Shown here piece after piece: positions 13,005 through 23,760 of a DNA stretch of 64,000 nt. The stretch lies in the NCBI GenBank assembly GCA_021613535.1, contig CP075493.1, forward strand, positions 3,410,001 to 3,474,000, read 5' to 3'. The position numbers were made by a program, and so were the translations under genes. The notes below the pieces were generated by a model that had not been told where the DNA came from, ran no database searches, and worked only from the letters and a program-made list of their open reading frames with translations. The DNA comes from Adineta vaga. Lineage: Eukaryota; Animalia; Rotifera. Position 1 is the first letter of the stretch. Each line of letters opens with the position of its first letter.

Positions 13005-13943
13005 ATATATATGAAGTAGTTGAAGAAGTTTTTTGTAAGTTTGAGAGTTGGAATGTATTTGTTGGAGATAAAGTGTGTCGATTTATGTGCTTTTATAGTG
13101 TGCTGATGGACGAGAGAGAAAGAGAGAGAAAGGGGTTTTACGTCGTTTTTTTGAGATACTGATTGATGTGATTGGTTGATGTGGTGGATGTGTTTACCTG
13201 GTTGTGCATGTAATTACGAAAGAATGATAAGTGAGATTGACGTCAAATGACGTTGACGATGATGTTATCATCGAATTGCGTCTAAATATTGCTAGTCATG
13301 AGAATAATCGGTGTCAAATTCTAGGTTTCGATATGGGCTAATGTGTGAAGAATACTTTTATCAAGTGAATATGGACAATGATATGGATAGTTTATTCTAA
13401 CGAGAAAGTCTTAGTAGTGTTAAACAATGGCATTAATATGAATGAGGTTTTGGTGCGGAAGGTCTTACTTGAATAGAATAAAATGAATTAATGTTGGAGA
13501 ATATGGATGGACAAGAGAACTGAAAACTAAATGAAGTGTAAGGAATTGATGTAGTTATTATTCATTCATTTTGTGATAGAAAGCGATTGGAAGAATGGAG
13601 AAATGTTCGTTGAACTCGAAGAATATGAATGAAACTTAATGTTTAGATATATATGTATATAAATTGATATTATGTCTGAAAAAAAGACAGCTTGCTTAAT
13701 GGAATACTAGTGTATTAATAAAATCAATATCAGATATTGTTCGAGTGTTGATATTATTTCTTTTTCTTATTCTCACTAATACTTGTATGTATCAAGGGAG
13801 AAAATACGTGTGTGTGTCATCTTGTTCTGTTTGTCTTTCAGCAAAAAATATCTACAGGCTTCACAAAGATCATTTTACTGGCTTTTTTCATTCTGTGTAT
13901 ATAAGCATGTAATAGGCGCATATACTTATTTTATTGATTTCTC

Positions 13944-15286
13944 ATGAAAAATTCGAAAAAACTTTCTAAAAATTTTATACATTTCGCGAAAAATAATCAT
14001 ACAAATGCAATGCAAAGATTCAATGTCATGGCAGTTTGTGCAGATGGATACACGAAAACATCTAGGAACGTAGATGATTTTGCAAATGACACTGTTACAC
14101 GTATACGAGCTTATGCAGACAAACAACAAAATAGTATTTTCATATTGTTAAACTCAAATATTTACTCAGAAAACAATAATAATTATGAACATGTCAAGAA
14201 AAAATTATCGACAAATGAATGGTCAAAAATTCAAGGTGGTTTTTCTTCTCTTTTATTCACTGTGACTGAACTTAAGAAAAGAATTCGTCATCAAAGCGAA
14301 CAAAGTAACATTTTGATTAGTATTGTATCAACGATGACTAATGATCAATCAAATAAAAGCTTAGATCGCCAGATTTCATTCGCATTTGCTGAAAGTATTA
14401 CATAAAATTCTGATCTTATAGGAATCTTTTCAGCATAGAAATTGATCTTGCCCAGTCAAACACTCCGTTCGCATCCGTAAATGGCGGAAGTTTCTTCTTA
14501 GAAGAAGATGAAGTTCTCTTTTCTATGCATACGGAATTTCGTATTCATGATATTAAAGCATCAGCTATAAATAATCAATTCTTCGAACTTACCTTAACTC
14601 TCACTAATGATGAAGACAAGGATCTACGTGCAGTCGCTGATAGTATTCTAAAGAAAAATGCTCGGAGTGCAAACGGATGGTATAGACTTGGACAAGTATT
14701 AATTAAAATGGCTTACAAAGCTCAAGAGATTTATGAAGTTTTACTTGATCAAACAATGGATGAGAGTGAAAAGGGTTCCATTTATCATGAACTTGGAAGA
14801 ATCAATGGCAGCCAGGGGAAGCATCATGAAGCAATAGCTTTATATAAAAAAGCAATCGTTGTATATCAAAGAACAACTAACTCTGCTCATATTGAAATAG
14901 AAAATTTTCGCATGGGTAATTATTTGAACGCATTGCTGTCTTAGGGAAAAGCTCTTACAGTTTGACAACAATTACTTACATCTAAACGTTCTGATTTGGT
15001 ATTTACCATTCGAGAACGATCATTTAATCCTAGACAATTTGATTTTGTCTCTTCCGCTATCCCGGACGTTGGTTGTACATGCTTGAGCATCTATAAATAC
15101 GAGCAAGCATTGTCGGCTTACGAATAAGACTGTCAAGTTACACAACATAAACTTTCTGCATATCATCCTGATGTAGATGGTTCATATAATAATGTTGGTA
15201 TGACGTATGAAGAGATGAGTGATTATTTAGAGGCTCACTCATTTTACAAGCATGCTGTAGAAGTCGGCAGATCAGAAGACGTTTAG
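13944..15286 (+). pseudogene. Decayed ADP-ribosyltransferase (ART)-TPR (nephrocystin-3-like) gene of the family expanded in bdelloids
   Basis: Fragments EWSKIQG, IEIDLAQSNTPFAS..EEDEVLFSMHTEFRI, LTLTNDEDKDL, GWYRLG and TPRs such as HPDVDGSYNNVGMTYEEM. In-frame stops (14403-14405, 14942-14944 and others) and a frameshift near 14430. Confidence 0.8.
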
Positions 15287-15376
15287 TAAAATCTATTGAT
15301 AACTTATATCTGAATTTGAATATTTACATACATTAAAAATACATTACATTTTATATATAATTCAGAAATGAAGAAT

Positions 15377-16936
15377 TCATACAAACAACAACGAAAGAAT
15401 GATCTTGTATCTAAACTGATATAAAAATTTTCGAAGTTTTTCTTTTATTATAATCATTAATTGGATATTTTGATGATGATAATGGTCGTTGTACATAACT
15501 ATTTTGATCTCTACAAAATACAAAAGAATAATCGATATTGAGACATCATTTCTAATTTCCAAGTTATATCGTACATACCGAAGAAGAGATTTACTTAATG
15601 TCAAACATATAATTGGATTAGAACAACTATTTAAATTAAATAAAAGACTAAATATTGTCATTAACCAATCTAGAACACAACGCTAAGTAAATGAATAAAC
15701 AACTAAAAACAATTTTCATACTCATTGTTTTTTGTGACATGAATTTTCCATGTAAAGTCATTATAATTAAACCAATATAGAATGGTGCTGAACAAAGAAT
15801 ATATGTTAAAACAACAATAAATGTTAATTTAATTGTTTTCAATCGTGCTCGTGAAAGAAAATGATTAGCACCGTGGCGTTGTTGAGATTTTTGTTCTTTA
15901 AGATTGTTTCCAGTCGGATTGACTGTAAGAGGATACGATGCAGGTGGAAGACGAAAAACTACTGAATACATGATCTTTTCTACCGCATCGGTTGAAGGTT
16001 TGTTTAAAAATGTTATTTCTGAACATCGACCAGAATAATGAATACGCATACTATTATTTACAATTTCTTTTCTAGACGAAATTGGAATAGTTGACGAACG
16101 TTGTACCACTTCGTTTGATAATAAATTTGTCGAATTTCTTTTTTTCGAGTATTCTTTTGATGGATACATCAAAATATTTCGATTTACAATTGCATAAATA
16201 GAACAATAGCAAAATATTAAAATGCACATTGGTAAAAGAAATTGCATGAAAATTGTCCATGCTATATAAATTAATTCCCAAGTACGATTTGATGCAAAAA
16301 AACTTGCCATACACGTTTTCTTTGCGTAAGCTGGATGATAAGCAAGACGAAATATGAAAAGTTGTGGAGATGCAAGAAAAAGACTTAAACACCAAACACC
16401 AACCATCTGTATCAAACCGGAACGATTTGACCATGTATAACTCGATAAAGGATGCACGATAGCTTGATAACGATCATAAGCCATGACAATAAGTCTACAA
16501 ATAAAACAAAGAGAAAATTAGTTTCGGTTCGCAGAAAACAAGATGCGTACATGAGAATGTCCTATAAAAATACTAAAGGTGTACTTAATGAAATAACTTA
16601 CGTATAAACTGAGATATAAGAAACCGTTAACATAAGAAATGAAACAATTCGACAAAGAAAATCACCACCGAAAAATGTTATTGTTAATTTCCATATAAAC
16701 ATTGGTAAAACACTGAAAAATGCCACTAGGAGATCAGCAATAGTTAAATGTAAGATAAAGAATGCCATTCGTGTTATTTGTCGATGTTTTTTATTGAGCA
16801 TAAAGTACAATACAATAATATTACTAATCAATGCAGAAATAAACATACTTCCTAAGACAATCTGTTCAACTAATTTCAAATTTTGATCAAAAAGTATTTT
16901 CACACTGGAATTTTCCTGTTCAGTCGAATTCATCAT
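15377..16936 (-). CDS. Class A neuropeptide GPCR, vasopressin/oxytocin (CCAP/NPS-related) receptor superfamily
   Basis: RMAFFILHLTIADLLVAFFSVLP, FFGGDFLCR, MAYDRYQAIVHPL, LASPQLFIF, SRARLKTIKLTFIVV, NSCSNP. Three exons. Confidence 0.85.
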
Positions 16937-18639
16937 ATAAGAACAAAGTCGAAGAATTTGTGTACTTGTAAATAATCTAGAAGAGACAAGAATGCACTTT
17001 ATATTTGCTATGTCTTTTCTGAAAAACAAAATTTATTAATTAGTCTGATATAAGTTCCTTCCTTCGCCTACACGGTAACTTATTTCATTGATATAGACAA
17101 ACAATTTCTCTCTTTTTTATCCTATCTATATCCAAGCGTGAAGTGATGTTCAGCCGACTGATGAAAAAAGGCTAAAATATTGCTTTTATTTGTCATGCAA
17201 AGCTATCTTCAATCTTCCCTGAAGATAAAATATATTATGTTCAAAAACAAACTAACACAGTCGAGTAGATCATATATACAGATATCATTATCTCTTCGAT
17301 CCAAAATTTCTGTCTTGTCAGCATACTGACATTTGGGGAGTGTTGACAAATATGTCGAATGGTAGCAATAAATAATATGTTATGTCTCTTCTCTGGTACT
17401 TATTAGAAATGTTGACATAGAAGATCCTAACCTTAAATATATCAAACGATAATATTCGATGAATTGGTTCTTAAATAGAAAGGAAGTTTTAAAGAGCAAT
17501 GTCCGCTGTTATGACTTATCATTCATCACGCAACCGAAGAACATCTCAGCTTCCTATTGTCTACTCTCAAATGTCACGAACAACAGTTTTAGACATCTTT
17601 TTCCACAGACAAAAAGAAAATCGCTTTACAATCTATATTTACCAATTTGAATCTTATTAAAAAGAATACTATTGCGAAGACTGTTTAATGATGAGAGAGA
17701 TTTGAGATGAATAGACGTTTTTTCAAAAGCTTCGCATCGCAAGAAAATAAATTGAGTACATAATAGAAGTGCGTGAATCATCTTTTGTTTCGCTGAATTC
17801 ATTACAAATGCGTTGAAGCATCTTTTCCCTCTATATACTAATTATCAACTGAAGTCGATGGAAACGAAAGAGGTCGATTCAAATGGGCACTTAGGAATTC
17901 AGTCGTGCTTACAAAGAAAAGTAGTTGTAGATAAGTTCTTATTAAAAGAGAAAAATAATGAAGACCAAAGAATCAATTTAGCAAGATGAAAGAATAGGAC
18001 TCTTTTATACTTCGGGCAAGTTTAAATCATCGGTAATCTGAAACAATTCATCGGAATAGTACTAAACGCAACTATAAGAAGAGATCAAATGTTTTAACAT
18101 ACACATACATATACGAGAGATGAGTGCTGAGAGATCTACTTCTGTTAGAACGCAAAATATAAACTGAATAACCTCATTGTTTTATCTATAGAGAAGCGAT
18201 TTATTCGTATCGTTCATTGATGATATGATAGACTTATACGACCCATTAGATACGTTCAACTTTGAAATATAAATTAGATAAAAATGAATATGGAATAGTT
18301 TTATTATCAGTTTTCTTAGTGTTATGAATGCCTAGAAAATATGTCTATCGTTTTTCATAGTTTTGTTAAATTTAGATGAATTCATGTCTGCTAATTATTC
18401 TCATATCATGTGTAGCTTATAGACAAGAAAAAAATAAAATTAAAATTGATGCTACTAGAGATTATCACTTCGTGCCACTGATGTTTTCTTTAAGTTAATG
18501 CTTTTCCGACACAATTTTTATAAGAAATTTACGACACGACATCTGCTAATATTCTATTTCACACGATTCAAACTAATTGAATATTTATTAAAACTGTGTA
18601 TTTATTTCTAAAGAAAAATAGATCTTGTCGTTCGTTGAA

Positions 18640-18984
18640 TTATTGATGTTGAAGCATATTTAGTAATTGTGGAGAATTGAGAACATGTTCGCGTTGTTTG
18701 TTTAACCTTGCACCCATATCGGCAAAAACATCATTTATTGGACGTAAATCAAAAAACGTTCCACCAGATGATTCAAGAGCCATTTCAGGTGGAATTGTTC
18801 CGCTACTAATAGTTACAATTTGAGTTGGATGTTGAACAGTTCCATCCGAATTTGTTTGCTGTGGTGTAATGGAACTAATAGCTTGCATTGCATTGCCAAA
18901 ACCAAAGAAATCATCACGACGAGCAATATCAAATGATGATGGAAAATGAGTAAGTTGTGGATCTGTGTAAGGAACAGTCGACAT
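18640..18984 (-). CDS. Hypothetical single-exon ~114-aa protein (orphan)
   Basis: Open frame MSTVPYTDPQ...LQHQ with coding-like composition in AT-rich surroundings. TATA-like element about 100 nt upstream. Confidence 0.6.
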   Translation of the reverse strand: MSTVPYTDPQLTHFPSSFDIARRDDFFGFGNAMQAISSITPQQTNSDGTVQHPTQIVTISSGTIPPEMALESSGGTFFDLRPINDVFADMGARLNKQREHVLNSPQLLNMLQHQ

Positions 18985-19080
18985 GGTTAACGTATACGAA
19001 ATGAAAATGTGTCCGAAATGCAATAGATTGATGTGTTTTGAGCTATGCTTGAGTGATTCTTAATATTTATCGAAAACAAT

Positions 19081-19163
19081 CATTATATAAATATATTGTT
19101 TATTTGACCATGATGAGTCAAAAGCCTTAAGCAGTTATTCGTTAAATCGCGAATATTCTAAAA
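19081..19163 (-). promoter_or_regulatory. Candidate promoter of the orphan gene: TATA, AP-1 site and imperfect heat-shock element
   Basis: TATATAA at ~19083-19092, TGAGTCA at 19114-19120, aTC-gc-GAA-ta-TTC-ta-aAA at 19146-19163. Confidence 0.35.
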
Positions 19164-19361
19164 TGATTGATAGTCTCTCGACTATACTTGAAGAAGAAGA
19201 AAAAAAAAGAACGTAATTGTGATGACAAAACCCAAAGATGAGATTCATATATAATCTTCATAATTAGTTGAAGAAAACTTTTGATTAAAATGATAGTTGT
19301 AAGATAATTGAATATGTTTATTTGTTATTATCTGTCGAAAAGAAAAAGAAACGAACACAAA

Positions 19362-21217
19362 TCACTTATTGTCCCATCCATCTGGATTTTGCATATTGGC
19401 ATGTCGTCGTTTGAATTCAGTTTTGAAATCAATACCAAGATCATCAAGATCTTTTTCATCACGAATAACACCCTAGAAAAGAAAAATAACGATAAGATTG
19501 CTAGTTAAATTGTACCATTATACCTTTGGTAAGTAACCCAATAGACGATGAGCATGTTCACGAAGTAATTTGATACGTTCTTCTTCGATAATTTGTTTCC
19601 GAAGTTGAGAAATACGTTCAGCTTCAACACGTTCATCAACGTCACGTTGCTAGATAAATAAAACGATCGTATTTGTAAGAGATTATTTAAAAAATACAAA
19701 CTTTATCAACTGCCATTTGACGTCGACGGTCTTCGAGTAATAGATCAACTGCTCGTTTATGTTCAACTTGTTTCATGCGACGTTTTTGAGCATTCATTTG
19801 TTCAATACGATCATCTTCAGCAAATTTAGCCATTAACTACAAGAAAAAAAATAAAAACAAAATTAGGAAAATAAAATTTATTCATTTTTCATCTTACCTG
19901 TTGTCTAAATCGATCTTCTTCTTGTTTAACTTCAATATCACGAACACGTTTAAATTCCAATTGTTCATCTCGTTCACGTTGTAATTCTAATCGTTGTCTT
20001 ATACGTACTTCCATTTCGTCACGTTCACGTTTTCGTATCGCTTGTTCTTGTTCTTCAAGATATAATTCTTGTCGAACTAATTCTTGTTCTTCACGATCTT
20101 CACGATCACGTTTTATCTGTTCACCTAATGCACGTTGAACTTTATCTAATGCTTCTTCACGTGCACGTTTTTCAGCTTTAGCGACTTCTTGACGTTTTTC
20201 TTGTGTTCGGCCATATTCTTGTATACGACGATTTTCTTCTTCCATACGTTGACGTTCCATTACTTTCCATTCTTCACGTTTTTGTTTAAATTCAGCGATA
20301 AATTCACGTGTAGCACGTTGACGTTCAAATTTACGTTCCATTTCTCTGTAAAATTAAAAAACAAAGCTTCGAACTTTACAAGCATGAATTTTAACTTACC
20401 GTTGATCTTCTTCATAAATCTTTCGAACAATTTCATCAATCACTAATTTTTCTCGAAGAAATTCTTCATATGCTTGTTGTTTACTTAATTCTCGTTCTTC
20501 AAGTTGTCGTTGAAGGTCTTGTTTATAACGAATCATTTCTTGTTGTCGAACAATTTCTTGTTGACGACGATCTGCTTCAGCTTTATCTGTTTCCGTACGC
20601 ATACGACGAGCGATTTCAGCATCTTCCAAATATGAATCAAATTTTAATGCTTCTTTTTCAGCCATTTGTGCAATACGTTCTTTTTGAACGTAAGCAGCAC
20701 GTAATTTCGATTCTAATTCTCTTAGTTCATAACTTGTTTCACTAGATTGAGTTAAAAAAAAAAGAAATTCTAAACATTCAGAGATTAGAAATTATCTAAA
20801 CATACCGAATTTGTTGTCGCATTTTTTCATCGCGTGTTTTCTCATGTTTCACACGTTCAAGTTCTATAGCTAAACGTTCTTCTTGACTTCGTGCTTCAGC
20901 AACTAATTTTTTCTCACATTGTGCTTTTATAACTGCTTCTTCCATAGCACGATCTCGGTCAGCACGTGCTTGTTCACGTATATATCGTTTATTGGCTGCT
21001 TTAGCTTCGAATTCTTGCATTTCAGTTTCGATTCGACCTTGATTTAATTGTCGTTGTTGAACTGTTCGTTGAGCTTCTTCTTCACGACGAGCATATTGAT
21101 TGGCATACCAACTATTGGCATTGTTAGCACTACCACCTTGTTGTTTATGTAATTGACGAGTTAATGCCTAAAAGATTAATTGATTAAAATGCTTGAAGGT
21201 TTAATAAAAATTACCAT
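19362..21217 (-). CDS. MNS1: Meiosis-specific nuclear structural protein 1 (ciliary coiled-coil protein)
   Basis: RQQIR..ELRELESKLRAAY..ERIAQMAEKE, LMAKFAEDDRIEQMNAQKRRMK, EEERIKLLREHAHRLLGYLPKG. The first coding exon is just ATG (21215-21217). Confidence 0.92.
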
Positions 21218-21865
21218 TGTTCTATAAAATAAAATGATATGTTCAAAGTAATGGAGGAGATATTAGTTTTGCATTGATTCTGTCTTTGTTTCACTCGACA
21301 ATTTCAACGAGACAGAGGAGAAAAAACGTTCTCTCCATTACTAAAGATACTTCTTTGACAACCACCTTACTATTCAATTTCTACTTGAAAATAAATTATT
21401 CTGCAGTGAAATGATAATTGTAAATTCAAATGATCTTCAGATTACTTTTAATTCTTATAAAAAAAAGACTTTTTGAACATAGATGTCAGTAGTTATTTAT
21501 AGCACACTTTACCTCTAAATGTGTTTGAAATGTTCGAGAATGCGTACGTTCATAATAGACCCTAAATATAGAATTCTCGAGACTCCAGACTAATTAACTC
21601 TCTGATACACAAAAAGAGATTGTGTCACATTCAACTCTTGACAATATCCATCTCGGCTTAGATGCATAATAAACTTCTTTTGAGTGTCTGATTAATAATT
21701 GCCTAGTTTATATAAATGTTTTCTTTTCTCAACGAGTGTATATTCACACGTACACACACACACACACACGCAATAACAAATGATGTGACAAAAAAAAATA
21801 AGAAAGTCACCGAGAAAAAACGGTCATTGTATTGTTTGCTTTTTGATATTTTCTTCATTTTCCAT

Positions 21866-23760
21866 TTATTTGTTGACTGCTTTCTTAGCTTGTACCATCT
21901 TTGCTAATTCTTTATAACGTTCTAAACATTCTTTCTTATTTCTACTCGGTAAACATTCTGCGATTTGATCCCAACGTGATGCACCTAATGCTGCCGGATA
22001 TGTTCGTAATGCTTGTTCAAAAATTCGTTGTTCATCAATTGTCCATGGTGTTGTTATATCTGGTTCACGTTCACTAAGAGTTAATTGATTAAGTTTAGCT
22101 TGATTTTCCAATAATGTGGATTGTTTATGTGAATTAAGTGCAATATGATCTAATGATGATGCTGTTTCTTCCACTTCTTTCTTTCCACTTGCAATATGTT
22201 TGGCTTTTTGCATAATATCTTGTACAGTACGATTTGCATTACCACCACAACGTTTGAGATATTCTTGAACAACTAGCCAACGATTTTGAACACCAGCTGG
22301 ATAGACTCGAAGTGCTTTAACAAGAAGTTCAATTTCATCGGATGTCCATTTGATATTCGAAGGTGAATTTGAAGAAGAAGCTGCCGACGATGATGATGAT
22401 TGTTGAGATAATTCTAAACGTGATTGTTGCATTTGTTCATCCATTTTTTTCAATTCACCAAGAATGATTTCACGTTGATCAACATTTTCTTCTTGTAGTT
22501 TCTCATTGATTGTTTTTAAATCATCATATGGAAGATATTCAATTAAAGTTTCAATTTGTTCAACTTGTTTGAGATTGGCTGATGATGCTGTATCATTGAA
22601 ATAATTCATTGATTTACATAAGTCACGTAATTGTTTCTTTTCTTTTCTAGAGAAAAATCAGAATATATGTTAATGAATTATTTGAGAATCAAAATACAAT
22701 TCATGTTAATGACAAATTTCCTAAACTTACTTCATTACTTTCTTTTGAGCATCTTTTTCTTTTTTAACTTCATCTTGTTTTCGTTTGGTCTCTTCTTCTG
22801 CTCGTTGTTTTTCATCGGCAATTCGTTGTGCTTCATCGAGTTCTTTCTGTTTTTGTTCTTGTCGACGTTTATCATTTTCTTGTTTTCGACGTTGTTTTTC
22901 ATCATCTTTTCGTTGTTGTTCTTCTTTCTTTTGTCGTTTTATACGCGGATCAAGTGCATAAGCACGATCAACTAAATTACGTAAACGTGTCATTTCAGTT
23001 TTCTTACGTTTCTGTCGTTCAACACGATTTAATTTTTCAATATAACGTCGTTCATCACGATCTTGTCCTTGAGATTTATCTTCTTCATCTAAGCAAAAAA
23101 ACAAAAGCAAGATGAATTTAAGGAAAATTTACTTTAGATTCACATACCCAAATATGAATATTCACGCCAAGATTCAAAATCATACCAAAATCGATAGAAT
23201 TTATTTACTTGTTCAAATGATGTTTCATCATTGCCTAGCAAAGGTACATGTTGATGTATCGACCAACGTGCATTACGTTCAAAAACAGGTCCAAAAATGC
23301 CATAGAAATTATCGGCTGTCGTTGGATTTGGTATGGCATCATCAAATTTTGGATCAACACTATCATACGATCGTCGTAATGTTGGATTTGATAAGAGTTC
23401 GAAAGCATGAGTAATCAAAGAGAATCGTTCACTTTCGATTCGTTTCGATTTATCAGGATGATAACGTAAAATTAATTGTTTATGAGCACTACGTATTTGT
23501 TTTTGTGTTGCTTTATAACGTAATTTAGCTAAACCTAATACTTTATAATGATCTTGATCTTTCCATTCAGTAAGATTAAGTTTTCGAAGAAAAGATTCAT
23601 GTTTATCCCAATCGATATCTAATTGATCATTTTCTTTTTCGTCATCATCATTTGCATCATCATCGATATCACTATCACTGATTCCACCTTTTTCATCTCC
23701 GGTAGTGATTATATGTGAACGAAAATAACGAACACCAACACGTTCATAATGATTATCATC
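21866..23760 (-). CDS. DNAJC2: DNAJC2 (MPP11/zuotin) module: J domain, zuotin homology domain, charged region, two SANT domains
   Basis: [112 protein letters not shown]. Confidence 0.95.

Noticed and set aside
20189-23414. Plus-strand Phe/Leu-rich ORFs in the track
   Set aside because: These are antisense shadows of the Glu/Lys/Arg-rich MNS1 and DNAJC2 exons.
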